NCBI GenBank assembly: GCA_964519305.1
Contig: CAZFHY010000010.1
Span: 64,001-128,000, forward strand
DNA from: Candidatus Undinarchaeota archaeon
GTDB lineage: Archaea; SpSt-1190; JASMDC01
Direction of reading: 5' to 3'
DNA length: 64,000 bases
Part shown: positions 35,461-45,182 of the stretch, piece by piece
How positions within the stretch are numbered: the stretch's first letter is position 1
Layout: every line of letters starts with the position of its first letter
Translations under genes and position numbers: made by a program
The notes under the pieces: generated by a model
Seen by the model: only the letters and a program-made list of their open reading frames with translations
What the model was told of the DNA's origin: nothing
Databases searched by the model: none

Positions 35461-38400
35461 TCATCCTCTCCGTGGTGCACAAGTGCATCCGCACGAACGT
35501 GTCTCGATAGTACAATCGTCGTTGTCGATATGGAGCTCGCAGGTGGGAAGACAGCCCTCGCACACGACCTCGATCCGGCATCCGCCCATGTCGAACGTGG
35601 CGTCTATGGTCTGACGCGCAGCGTCCTCGAGCTCGATCTTCTCTCCCATAGTGACCCAGGCATTAGGGTAGAGCGAGGGATCTGCATCATCGTCGAGCCA
35701 TAGGGCGCCGTCCCCGTCCGTGGCGGTGACGTGCAGCCCCATCGCGTTACCTCTTCCGGTATCCCCGAACGCGCCGAACACCGACGAGCGGAGCTTGATG
35801 GTACCCCCTCGTTCCAGCTCAGTGACGTCCTCTCGCACGTGTCCGCCGACGACGTTCATGCCATACTCGAGCCGTGAGGCTGCCTCGATGCTCCCGGAGA
35901 ACGGGACGTGGGCGAGGTTCCTGACATCGATCTCGAACGACACGGGCTGGCGCAGTACCGCCGTGGTGATGGGCTGGCCGTCAGCGTCGCGGTACACCGC
36001 TTCGGCGATCCTCAGACGGGGCCGCTTCACCTCGAGGTAGGCCAGGGGATAGCCGAGCTTGACGCGGGAGCGCTCCTGGACGCACCAAGAGGTCATGAGG
36101 CGTCCTGTGCACCTCTCCGGATCGAATCCCTGCTCGTCTAAGATCATGTCCAGGAGTAGGTCGCCGGCCCCGTCGGTGACACGGACGCCTATATGGAGGA
36201 CCCAGCCGAGCTGGTCTTCCATTAGCTGGAACGGCGCGGTCTCCACCACTAGTTCCTCACCAGGTGCATCGATCGTCCTTGTCGCGTGCGTTCCCGCCAG
36301 CTCCTGTGATGCACCGATGACCGCGTATGTTTCCACCGATATCGGGAACACCTTGGTCGTCACGACCAGTCGGCCGACGACCTGCATCCCGGGATTGCCG
36401 TCGGTCACCTCCTCGTCACGGTCCGTGGCCACGAATGCACCATGGGTGATGCTCACCTCGCCCATTTCGACTACGTGCGTCAGCGGTCCGGCGGCAGTGG
36501 CGACACCCTCGCCCTCATCATCGAACACTTCCAGCTGGAGCTGTACGGTGGCGTTGGCCATCCCCGGATCTAGGAGGATGGGATCGGAGATATACGCCCA
36601 TGAGTCACCAGGGGCCAGCGGACGGATGGGGATGTCCCGCAGCTCGATGATCTGCTCCTCGCACTCGCATCCGCACTCGTACGACTCGGGGCATGTCGGA
36701 CAGTCGCACTCACCGATGATCCTGAGCTGTGCCTTCGCGCGTCCCGTGAAGGGATAATCTCCGGTGTTGTTGACCACAGCACGGATCCTGACGCTCTCGT
36801 TGGCATAGAAGGTCAGGGACTCCTCGTCGTCGCGGAGGAGAGCGACGTCTGACACGACGACCTCGGAAGCAGTGGCCTTGCAGAGCTTAGCGCACTCCTT
36901 CTCGTTCCCGCCCGAGCTCGTGCAGTTTTCCATGCACGCGATGGTGGCGTTGGCCGGATCGCATCCCTTGAAGCAACGATCACGGCCGTCCCTGTCGTTC
37001 GGGAATCGCACGTTGCAGTCGGTCACGCACGCAGGATCCCTCCCGCACTCGACGAGGCAGTCATGCTGGATATCTAGGTCGTCCTCGCCCAGGCATCGCT
37101 CCTCGCAGGCGACCTGCACCTCGTCGCACTTCCGCATACATGTCCGTGCGTCGCCCGAGCTGGTCCCGAACTTGATGATGCACCCCTCCTCGCAGACTAT
37201 GTCAGCCCCTCCGTCACCAAGGCCCACGCACGCTTCCAGACAGGGGCGGAGAAGGACAGGATCAGGCCGCTCTCGTGCGCACGTGTCCTCACACGTCGAG
37301 TTGCTGGGATCACATTCGCGCATGCAGTCAAGGGCCACACTGACATCGTTCTCGGAAAGGCAGTCCTGTTTGCACTCGATACTATCGTTGAGCTCCTCCT
37401 CGGGCTCGGGTGTCGGTGTCGGCATCACCGAGGGCGAGGGGGAAGGTGTGACCGTAGCGTTGGGTGTCGGGCTGGGAGTGACCGTGGCGTTGGGTGTAGG
37501 CGAGGGTGTCGGGGACGGCGTTGGTGTGGGGGTTGCCGTGACGTTCCCCATGTTGCACTTCTTGATGCACTCACGTGCTGCTGTGCTGTTATCCTTGTGC
37601 TGGTCCAGACACGCCTCATCGCACGGCACCTCACGCGGCTCGCACTCGATCTTGCCCACAGGACGCTCGGCAAGCCCCTCAAGGCAGCATAGTCCGGTTT
37701 CGGACGTCCTCCCGACGCAAACGTCGTAGGTCATGCCCGCGGCCCTTATAGGCGTCTGACAAACGCTCGCTCCGCTCGTGGGCCCGGAGGGGGCATTATA
37801 GGATGGCGGCGGGAGCGTTCCTGTCCCAGGCTGGCCTGCAGCACCTCCCATCCCCTCCGGTGCACAGCACTCCCTGGCCAGCTCAAGCGCCTCCTGTCCC
37901 CAGTTTATTGGACAGTTCATGTCGATGGGGTGGTGACCGCTCCCGGTATGGCAAACGCACAGGCTGAGCTCGGGGTGACAGTGGGAGCCTTTCGCTCCGA
38001 AACATAGCTGGCACGCCTCCTGACACTGTCCCGGGGACAGCTGTGATTCATCCGGAGGTGTCGGCGGGCGATGGGTCTTGTATCTGAAGCAGTCCTGCAT
38101 GTCCATGAAGAGCGTGTCCGGGTCCAGGCGGGCAAGGTTCCGGAGCGCTGCGACGTGCCCGGACGGCCACGAGTCGACGTTCAGGTCCAGCAGCTCCGCA
38201 CCGTCCACCAGCTCGGACTCGCACCGGCCCGGTGCTTGGCCGTACCCGGCGACAGGTGCATCGCTGGTGATACGTCGTGACAGCTGGCGGAGTTCGGGTA
38301 CCTGCTTGCTCCCACCGGACGATGTGGACGTACCGCCGCTCGCTCGCTCCTTCGCCACAGCGGTCCGGTTCTTGACGCTGTACCGCCCGCAGAAGCCGTC

Positions 38401-41103
38401 CCATGGACCTGACCCACGGTAACCCATCCGCGCGCTCTGGAGCTCACTCTTGACGACTATCCCGATGTCCTCGCGTGACGCATCCTGGCCGGTCGTACTG
38501 TCGCTGACATCGTACCGTCGCCACGAGCTGGAAACCGGGGATGAGCTGCCGGTCGTGGGGCCTGCGTTGGCGTCAGTGTACCCTATCGCATCGCTGTTAC
38601 CTGGTGTCCTAGGACTGGCAACGTCGCGGATGATTGGGTCCCCGGTGAGGGTGACGAGGGTGGTGAGCTCGTACTGGAACGTTGTGACCGGCGTGTTGGC
38701 GCCCGCTTCCAGCGTCCCGACCAGGTCGTTCACGTGCTGCTCGAGCTCGGGCGGCGGGGCACCGGTCCGCATGGAACCGCGCACGTCGCTGGCGAGCGTG
38801 CGCAGTTGTCGTGCGAGCACCGTCATCATCTGCGTCCGCTGGTCGAGGGCCGCCATGTTCTTACCAATAATCTCTGCCAGCGAGCAGGGATCGAGCACAC
38901 GCTCCCCGATGACGTCGGACCCTCCGGCGGAGCACGCGTCATGGAGGTCCGCCATGGCACGCTGACATGCCACGAGCACGGACGGTAGGGTGATGGTCGC
39001 CCGGGAGGAGAGGGTGCGCAGGGTCGCGTTCGCGATGTCGCAGTCGCCCTTGCACTTCGAGGGGCAGGTCGCATCCTTGCGGATGCAGCAGTCGCCCTGC
39101 TCCCCGGGCTTGACGACGCACTTGTAGTTGCCTGTTTTGTCGTCCTTCTCCGCCCGCAGGACCTCACCGCACGTGTCCTTCGTGTCGAGGGTCCCGCCCT
39201 CCCCGGGATTGCCGATCCTGCATTCCATCCCGTACGAGCAGGGCACCGCCGCGCAGAGCGGGCACGTCACCGACTCGTCGACGCTCTTGGCCTTTGTTAT
39301 CTTGTGGACAGGACCGCTCGTGCCATGGGTCGCCGGGCCGCCATGAGCTGGTGTCCCCCCTATCTGCCGGCAGGCCTCTTCGAACCGCTCCTGGATGATC
39401 TCCGGGTAGCGGGGACCGTGACCCTTCTTCCGACAGTAGTAGTCGGCATCGTTCCACTTGGTTCCCGGGCCGTAGTACTTCTCGCAGGACCGCATCATGG
39501 CGTCGTAGGTCGACGCACCGCCCTTGCTGTACCCGATGGCGCTCTCCATGGCGCCCATGCCGCGATTGTACCCGAACTGGACGAATGTGAGCGCATCCGA
39601 CTGGGACGCTCCCATCGACTGTGCCTTGTTGAGGTTGGCCGCCAGCTCCTTGAGCCCCAGGTCGATGCCCAGGTCCGCGTTGCCCTTGCACGCGCAGTAT
39701 AGCGGTGACGATTTTTCCACCCGGCACGGGTAGTCCACCTGCATGATGCCACCGCAGTTCACGCTCGGGTTGCAGCTGGACTCCTGCATCATCAATGCGG
39801 CTACCTGGAGCGGGTCGATGCGACCGTGGAGGCCGTGCTTGCCCATGTACTTGTCGACGATGTCCATATAGGGAGCGCAGGCCCCGAGGCTGGTCGAACC
39901 GAGCTTGCTCATGTCACCGCCCTGACATCCATAGGCACCACTGGCCTCTTCCGAGCCGTCGTCACCAGTACTTTCACCCGAACTATCCGCGCCTCCACTG
40001 AAGAACATGTCCCTGATCTCCAATGGGTCCATGTACTGCCCGGGCCCCTGGGGACGGGCTATGAGGATGCCGAAGTGTAGGTGAGGGACCTTGTTGCCCA
40101 GACCGACGGTCCCCACGTTCGTCCCCTTTGTGACATGCCTGCCACCGCTCCCATCGGGGACGTGGAACGCCAGGCTCTTCATATGGGTGTACCATGCGAA
40201 ATAGTACGTCTTCCCCTTGTTCTTGATGGGCTTGTCGAACTTGAGGAGGATGCTGTTGGGCGTGTCCGGGGGCGTGGTCCATGTCGTATGGCCGCGCTCG
40301 CTGTAGATGAGCGTACCATCAGCGACGGCATAGGCGGGGGTGCCTGCATGGACGTGGATGTCGATGCCCCGATGCGCCCCTGGGGCACCGTACGTCTTCC
40401 ACTGGGATTGGCTCGTCCCCTTTATGGGCATATGGAGGTCGCCACTTGAGCCCTGGCCGCCTGAGGGTGACTGCTGCTCGCTCCCGGTGGTGTCACTTCC
40501 ACTTCCATCGCCATCACCCTCGCTCGCGCTATCGTCCTCCTCGATCTCCCGCTCGTCGTCAGGACGGCACTCCTTGAGCCCCTTCACCTCGCACTTGGCC
40601 TGCGTCACCATATGGCAGAGCGCAGGGCCGACCCCCTCGCCCGCGACCTGTGCGGCAGTGAGCCCCTCGCCACCAAGACGCGGATCGCACTCACCAAGCC
40701 CGAGCCCCTTCACCTGCTGGATCGCCTTCTGGCACACGAGGCACTGCTGGACGAACCCGTCCTGGGCGATGAGCATGTTAGTTGAAATCGTCCTGTAATG
40801 CCAGGCCATCTGCTCGTACGCGGACGCCATGGCATCAAGGTAATCGGCCATGTTATCGAACACTTGGCCCGTACAGGGGATTGCGAGGTTGGAGATTGGC
40901 GGACCGGCGGCCCCGGAGCCGCCGATGCCATCGAGGTTGAGGCCGCCGATCTCGCTGGTGGAAACCTCCTCGTTACCCGCCGTGACGTTCGTGAGCTCCC
41001 CCTGCTCATGTCCGTCCTCTACCTCGAGGCTCGTGACCGAAAGGGCGGGTGTGATGAGTAGGAGGACTATAATGAACGCATACAGTGCCTTTGTTTCACC
41101 CAT
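35461..41103 (-). CDS. Giant secreted protein with M23 peptidase, SLT-like domain, PT linker, CxxxC repeats and Ig/CARDB-like C-terminus
   Basis: Signal peptide; M23 HRGID..GTPAYAVADG..YTHM..HLHFG; ALMMQES..GIMQV..YNRG; start ATG 41103 or GTG 41112. Confidence 0.82.
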   Translation of the reverse strand: MGETKALYAFIIVLLLITPALSVTSLEVEDGHEQGELTNVTAGNEEVSTSEIGGLNLDGIGGSGAAGPPISNLAIPCTGQVFDNMADYLDAMASAYEQMAWHYRTISTNMLIAQDGFVQQCLVCQKAIQQVKGLGLGECDPRLGGEGLTAAQVAGEGVGPALCHMVTQAKCEVKGLKECRPDDEREIEEDDSASEGDGDGSGSDTTGSEQQSPSGGQGSSGDLHMPIKGTSQSQWKTYGAPGAHRGIDIHVHAGTPAYAVADGTLIYSERGHTTWTTPPDTPNSILLKFDKPIKNKGKTYYFAWYTHMKSLAFHVPDGSGGRHVTKGTNVGTVGLGNKVPHLHFGILIARPQGPGQYMDPLEIRDMFFSGGADSSGESTGDDGSEEASGAYGCQGGDMSKLGSTSLGACAPYMDIVDKYMGKHGLHGRIDPLQVAALMMQESSCNPSVNCGGIMQVDYPCRVEKSSPLYCACKGNADLGIDLGLKELAANLNKAQSMGASQSDALTFVQFGYNRGMGAMESAIGYSKGGASTYDAMMRSCEKYYGPGTKWNDADYYCRKKGHGPRYPEIIQERFEEACRQIGGTPAHGGPATHGTSGPVHKITKAKSVDESVTCPLCAAVPCSYGMECRIGNPGEGGTLDTKDTCGEVLRAEKDDKTGNYKCVVKPGEQGDCCIRKDATCPSKCKGDCDIANATLRTLSSRATITLPSVLVACQRAMADLHDACSAGGSDVIGERVLDPCSLAEIIGKNMAALDQRTQMMTVLARQLRTLASDVRGSMRTGAPPPELEQHVNDLVGTLEAGANTPVTTFQYELTTLVTLTGDPIIRDVASPRTPGNSDAIGYTDANAGPTTGSSSPVSSSWRRYDVSDSTTGQDASREDIGIVVKSELQSARMGYRGSGPWDGFCGRYSVKNRTAVAKERASGGTSTSSGGSKQVPELRQLSRRITSDAPVAGYGQAPGRCESELVDGAELLDLNVDSWPSGHVAALRNLARLDPDTLFMDMQDCFRYKTHRPPTPPDESQLSPGQCQEACQLCFGAKGSHCHPELSLCVCHTGSGHHPIDMNCPINWGQEALELARECCAPEGMGGAAGQPGTGTLPPPSYNAPSGPTSGASVCQTPIRAAGMTYDVCVGRTSETGLCCLEGLAERPVGKIECEPREVPCDEACLDQHKDNSTAARECIKKCNMGNVTATPTPTPSPTPSPTPNATVTPSPTPNATVTPSPSPSVMPTPTPEPEEELNDSIECKQDCLSENDVSVALDCMRECDPSNSTCEDTCARERPDPVLLRPCLEACVGLGDGGADIVCEEGCIIKFGTSSGDARTCMRKCDEVQVACEERCLGEDDLDIQHDCLVECGRDPACVTDCNVRFPNDRDGRDRCFKGCDPANATIACMENCTSSGGNEKECAKLCKATASEVVVSDVALLRDDEESLTFYANESVRIRAVVNNTGDYPFTGRAKAQLRIIGECDCPTCPESYECGCECEEQIIELRDIPIRPLAPGDSWAYISDPILLDPGMANATVQLQLEVFDDEGEGVATAAGPLTHVVEMGEVSITHGAFVATDRDEEVTDGNPGMQVVGRLVVTTKVFPISVETYAVIGASQELAGTHATRTIDAPGEELVVETAPFQLMEDQLGWVLHIGVRVTDGAGDLLLDMILDEQGFDPERCTGRLMTSWCVQERSRVKLGYPLAYLEVKRPRLRIAEAVYRDADGQPITTAVLRQPVSFEIDVRNLAHVPFSGSIEAASRLEYGMNVVGGHVREDVTELERGGTIKLRSSVFGAFGDTGRGNAMGLHVTATDGDGALWLDDDADPSLYPNAWVTMGEKIELEDAARQTIDATFDMGGCRIEVVCEGCLPTCELHIDNDDCTIETRSCGCTCAPRRG
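36880..37630 (-). repeat. Tandem C-x3-C-x(8-12)-C-x3-C repeats and a Pro/Thr linker in the 1883-aa protein
   Basis: About 8 units (CDEAC..CIKKC, CKQDC..CMREC, CEDTC..CLEAC, etc.); TPTPSPTPNAT repeats at about 37400-37545. Confidence 0.8.
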
Positions 41104-41128
41104 TTTCACCACGCTTCCAGTACACTAT

Positions 41129-41147
41129 GTCACTACTTACTAGTGAC
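41129..41147. promoter_or_regulatory. Inverted repeat GTCACTA-N5-TAGTGAC, candidate operator
   Basis: Perfect 7-bp arms between the TATATATA box (41173-41180) and the giant gene start; near-copy at 56111-56129. Confidence 0.5.
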
Positions 41148-41298
41148 TGTTACTATATTATCTGTCGTTTCCTATATATACGGCTTTCGGTACCGTCATG
41201 TTCGAACAGGTGATCAGTCCCCGTACTACACCTATTCCTATCACTTGACAGCCCATAACCGGGCTATCTTTAAACACCTACTGCGTCGGGCCAAGGCC

Positions 41299-42813
41299 TC
41301 ACTGTGATGGTGGAGAGACACCGTTCATCAGGTAGAAGAACAGGAGCATCTCATAGAGCGCCTGGTTCTCAGTGCTCGAGGGATGGTTCTCATCGGCCAT
41401 GGTGTCGTGGAACTCGTCCCAGCGGGTGTCGCGGGCAAAGGGCGTCGCCTTGTATGCCGATGTGGCCTTATCGAACTCCTCCTGCATCCTTGGCAGGTAG
41501 ATGTGGAGCCCGTGGGCGCGCTCGTGGAACTCGCTGTTCCTGTTGTCGAGAACAGCATCCTCAACGGTGGTGAGCACGTCCTTGGCGGTCGCTCGTACGG
41601 CACCTTCGATGTTACCGTTGGCCACGATCTTGTGTGCGAGATCATAGACGTCGACCATGGAAGTGCCGCCGAAGTACGTGTTCGTCAGCTGGTGTGTAGC
41701 GAAGAATACTTCCTTGAGCTCGGTGTACGGCGTATCGTACTCGATGATGGCCCCTGCCATCCGGTCGATGGCCTCGGCCACGGCGGGCATCTTCTCGATG
41801 TCGATTGCCGACATGGTACTGACACCGTCCTTCTCCGATGCGACCTCGTCCACTACGAGAAGGGCCATCTGACGGGGCGTGAGCTCCGTTCCAGCGGTTT
41901 GCTTCTCCATCATGATGAGTGACGCCTCGTTGAGCAGGCCCTCGTAGTCCCAACCCCCTGCATTGATGACCGACTCACTGGCGACCATGTAGCGAGCCAC
42001 ACCGCGGACGGCGTAGGCGCCTTCCGTGGAGGCCATGAGGCATGCATCGAAGCCCAGAACGTCGATCTTCTCGCCCGTGGTCCGCTGGACGGAGGTGAGC
42101 GCTTGTCGGATGCCCTCCCAGCTCAGGGGTCCTGAATCCGCCGACTGGTCGTCAATGACACCCAACCATCCTGCACCATGGTCGGCGATGATGAGCATGT
42201 AGTTCTCGGCAGGGTAGTTCTTCACACCCCAGGAGACGAAGTCATAGAGGGTCTTCGGGCTGGCCATGTCGACCTGTCCGAGCTCGCCCAGCACCGGCGA
42301 TGTGACGATATCATCCTTACCCTCCTTCTGGATGAGGTAGCGTCGGGCCCCGCTCCAGGAGTCGCCTTCGTTCGTGGTGATGTTGTTGCCACGGTCGTAC
42401 TGTACAACGACGTTCATCTGGTCCGTGGAACCGACGGCCTCCATCTCGTCGATGTTCTGATACATATGGGTCGAGAGGTTGTTGTCGGCGGCGGAGTAGA
42501 CGAGGACCGTCCACGGCTTCTCTTGGGCGATGCGCTCGCGCTGCCCAGGAACACCCGCCATCTCGGTCGGCAGGGATACCTGATAGCCGTCGATGTTGAA
42601 CTGTGAACCTTGCTCCAGGGAGGTGTACGAGCCCTGCTCGAGCACGTAGGCGGGCCGTTCGGACATCCTGCCTGATGTAATGAGATCATCGATGGCCCCC
42701 GTAGGTGGTGCTATATCTGATGCAAGACCCATGCCTCCGTAGAGGAGGCCGAGCCCCAAGCTAGCGACCCTTTGTGCCGTCCGTCCGATATCATGATTAG
42801 CATCGTTCTCCAT
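41299..42813 (-). CDS. Clostripain-family (C11) cysteine peptidase 1
   Basis: WTVLVYSAADNNL, DHGAGW (His), GFDACLM (Cys), VASE; start ATG 42813 after an AAGGTGA RBS. Confidence 0.9.
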   Translation of the reverse strand: MENDANHDIGRTAQRVASLGLGLLYGGMGLASDIAPPTGAIDDLITSGRMSERPAYVLEQGSYTSLEQGSQFNIDGYQVSLPTEMAGVPGQRERIAQEKPWTVLVYSAADNNLSTHMYQNIDEMEAVGSTDQMNVVVQYDRGNNITTNEGDSWSGARRYLIQKEGKDDIVTSPVLGELGQVDMASPKTLYDFVSWGVKNYPAENYMLIIADHGAGWLGVIDDQSADSGPLSWEGIRQALTSVQRTTGEKIDVLGFDACLMASTEGAYAVRGVARYMVASESVINAGGWDYEGLLNEASLIMMEKQTAGTELTPRQMALLVVDEVASEKDGVSTMSAIDIEKMPAVAEAIDRMAGAIIEYDTPYTELKEVFFATHQLTNTYFGGTSMVDVYDLAHKIVANGNIEGAVRATAKDVLTTVEDAVLDNRNSEFHERAHGLHIYLPRMQEEFDKATSAYKATPFARDTRWDEFHDTMADENHPSSTENQALYEMLLFFYLMNGVSPPSQ

Positions 42814-42979
42814 GGTTGTCACCTTCAGTTCTTGTTCACGTTCAGCAAGTTCTCTACGAACCGTGCTGCCTCTGAAACGGCAGCGATACCGCTGTAGAGA
42901 ATACCTAGCCCGATAATCTTGGAGCGTCGCCCCGTCAACTTTGGACAATACATTTCTACGCGCTTCATGGCCGTCACCT

Positions 42980-44092
42980 TCACCTCTCGTTCACGTCCAG
43001 CAGATGATCCACGAACCGCGCCACCGCAGCGTCCATGGCGACCCTGCGGGTGCCGGTGTCACCTGACATGGGATCGGTGGGGTCGAGCAGGTGATGGCCC
43101 CCAGGGACGAGCAAGAGCTCAGCATGTCCTCCGGAGGCCTGATGGATCGACTCTGCGTTGTACATGGGCACCACGTCGTCATCAGTGCCGTGAATGATCG
43201 TGTACGGGACCTTGATATCTGCTGCCATCTCCTTGAGGTTTGGTTGTGCCGGGTCCATAATCTCGTTCACAAGGCACCCGACGGAGTCCACCTGGATGAA
43301 CTCCTTTCCGAAGGGGATGTGTAGGATACGAGAGAGACCGGATTGGTACAGGAAGCGGGAGAGCTTGCCGTCCGGGTGGTCCATGGTGGAATCGCGCATG
43401 CTGGTGGGCGCGCCCCAGGTCACTAGGACCTCGGGATCGGCACCCTCGGCAACGCTGCGTGCCGTCAGGTAGCCGCCCATGCTGTGACCGAATAGCCCGA
43501 CCTTGCCACCGCCGAGCTGTTCGCGCAGGTAGTCCACGGCGAAGTCAGCGTCATTGGCCATGCTCTGGAGGTGGAAGTCGTCCGTTGATGTGGCGTGTGC
43601 CCGCTGGTCGTAGAGGAGGACGGTGAACCCCTCGTCGTAGAGCATCTGTGCGAGGTCGTAGTGGTTCGCGCGTGTTCCATTGTAGCCATGGGCGATCACG
43701 ACACCAGCACCATTAGCGTTCGGCGGGGACCAGACCTCGCCGTGGATTGTGACGCCGTTCGCATCGAGGTGCACCTGCTCGACCATGTAACCGGCCGGGA
43801 CGGCCAGGGGATCGGCCTGCTGGTGCTCGACCTGTGCGACCGCCTCTGGCAGGTTGACCGTGTATCCGTCGACGGTAAGCTCCTGTCCGGCCTGGACGTC
43901 CGGGTGCTCTACTATATAGGCAGGTGTCTCGGCGTACATACCGTCATGTCCAGGGACCATCGGTCCGGGCTCTGTCACCATCGACCCAGCGCATGACGCG
44001 GCCATGAGCGCTGCCATCCCCGCTCCGAGATACCGCCTGAACTGCGGGCGGTTCTCCCCCGCGTCATCCTGGTACGATACGCCTTCAACCAT
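42980..44092 (-). CDS. Alpha/beta hydrolase with an acidic leader and PAY..YxVxLP module
   Basis: IAHG, GHSMGG, HGTDDDVVP and GGHH motifs. Confidence 0.87.
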   Translation of the reverse strand: MVEGVSYQDDAGENRPQFRRYLGAGMAALMAASCAGSMVTEPGPMVPGHDGMYAETPAYIVEHPDVQAGQELTVDGYTVNLPEAVAQVEHQQADPLAVPAGYMVEQVHLDANGVTIHGEVWSPPNANGAGVVIAHGYNGTRANHYDLAQMLYDEGFTVLLYDQRAHATSTDDFHLQSMANDADFAVDYLREQLGGGKVGLFGHSMGGYLTARSVAEGADPEVLVTWGAPTSMRDSTMDHPDGKLSRFLYQSGLSRILHIPFGKEFIQVDSVGCLVNEIMDPAQPNLKEMAADIKVPYTIIHGTDDDVVPMYNAESIHQASGGHAELLLVPGGHHLLDPTDPMSGDTGTRRVAMDAAVARFVDHLLDVNER

Positions 44093-44122
44093 TAGGTCTG
44101 CCTAAGCTTAAGGGTCACCTAA
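44092..44122. promoter_or_regulatory. Tandem DtxR-like operators
   Basis: Perfect TTAGG-TCTG-CCTAA (44092-44105) and TAAGG-GTCA-CCTAA (44109-44122), spanning from the start codon to the TATA. Confidence 0.72.
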
Positions 44123-44310
44123 TAAATGTTTCCTTTCTCCCAAGAGAAGCTACCATTAAAGCTAACAGGTGACCAAATTGTGGCCTGGGGCGGCGGCCGG
44201 GCATGGCATGCCCAGGTGACGTGGTGGCCACCGGCCCCAGACCTATGGTGTCCCCCATGGGGACAATCCCCTATCCTGTTCTCCTTTCTACTGTTCCTGA
44301 CTGTAGCGAT

Positions 44311-45093
44311 TCACGCCACGAGGGCCTTCTCGAGATCGTCGATGATGGCCTCTTTCCTTTCCCGTTCGCGCCAGAGACTGTTGAGCTGTCGTTCGCGGGC
44401 CGCTTCGCCCACGACGGGCAGCTTGGTGAGCGTGGATTCATCGATGCGCTCACGGGTTTCGGTCATCGTGTCGTCGAGCTTGGATCGCAGCGCCGTATAG
44501 GTGTCTGCACTGGTGAGGTCGAACACATCCGTGGTGTTCCCCCTCCTGTTAGCATAACCCTCAAGATGGTCGATGAGGTCGAAGAGGACCTGTTCCTGAC
44601 CGGCGAACTGGAGAGCAAGCCGTACGCGTTCCGTGTGCGCAAGACCATCGAGGGTCTCGGTGATGGTCTCGGGGAGCGCACCGTACTCGGCTACGTTGAA
44701 CGAGTGGTCGTCCGTGTAACGCGTCCCGATGTAGTGGTCTGTGCTGACGTCCTTGGTCACCAGGTTCCGCGTCTCGATGACCTCGTACCGCGAACATAGT
44801 AGTCCGCTCACGAGATCACTGTCGAACCGGGCTTGGAGCCCCAGCTCGGCGGCCCGCTCCTCGACCTCGACCAACGTCCGCTCAGCATCGTCCTTGGTCT
44901 GACCATAGACGTGGACCTCTTCACAATAGCTCCCGTCGCTCCACAGCTCGTGGATCTCGGTGAAGTGGTAGTTAGTCCTCAGACGGTTCTCGTACGCGAC
45001 CTCGGCACCGACGGCGCCAAGGAACTCGCAGGTCCCGGGGCTCACTTGCCCTTCGTAGGGCATGGTCACCCTCTCTTCGTTCTCGATTATCAT
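44311..45093 (-). CDS. Hypothetical acidic protein with a C-terminal coiled coil
   Basis: Own TATA plus operators; coding-like codon use; no family recognised. Confidence 0.7.
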   Translation of the reverse strand: MIIENEERVTMPYEGQVSPGTCEFLGAVGAEVAYENRLRTNYHFTEIHELWSDGSYCEEVHVYGQTKDDAERTLVEVEERAAELGLQARFDSDLVSGLLCSRYEVIETRNLVTKDVSTDHYIGTRYTDDHSFNVAEYGALPETITETLDGLAHTERVRLALQFAGQEQVLFDLIDHLEGYANRRGNTTDVFDLTSADTYTALRSKLDDTMTETRERIDESTLTKLPVVGEAARERQLNSLWRERERKEAIIDDLEKALVA

Positions 45094-45094
45094 T

Positions 45095-45126
45095 TTAGAC
45101 GCGCCTAAACGTTTAGGTCGTCCTTA
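45095..45126. promoter_or_regulatory. Tandem DtxR-like operators
   Basis: TTAGA-CGCG-CCTAA (45095-45108) and TTAGG-TCGT-CCTTA (45113-45126), 18 bp period, between the start and the TATA. Confidence 0.7.
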
Positions 45127-45182
45127 AATAAGTTCCCTTGGTTACTGAGCGAACTATATTATTGGGGGGAATTGACCCTTTC

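Noticed and set aside
37400-37545. Short DNA repeats as a possible CRISPR or VNTR
   Set aside because: They are degenerate coding repeats for a Pro/Thr linker, with no constant repeat-spacer structure.
31501-41112. Prophage lysis or tail module explanation for the M23/SLT genes
   Set aside because: No capsid, terminase, portal, holin or integrase was recognised; the proteins have signal peptides and host-like composition.
45104-45117. Perfect palindrome CCTAAACGTTTAGG as a separate element or terminator
   Set aside because: It is the junction of two tandem TTAGG-N4-CCTAA boxes and lies in a promoter.
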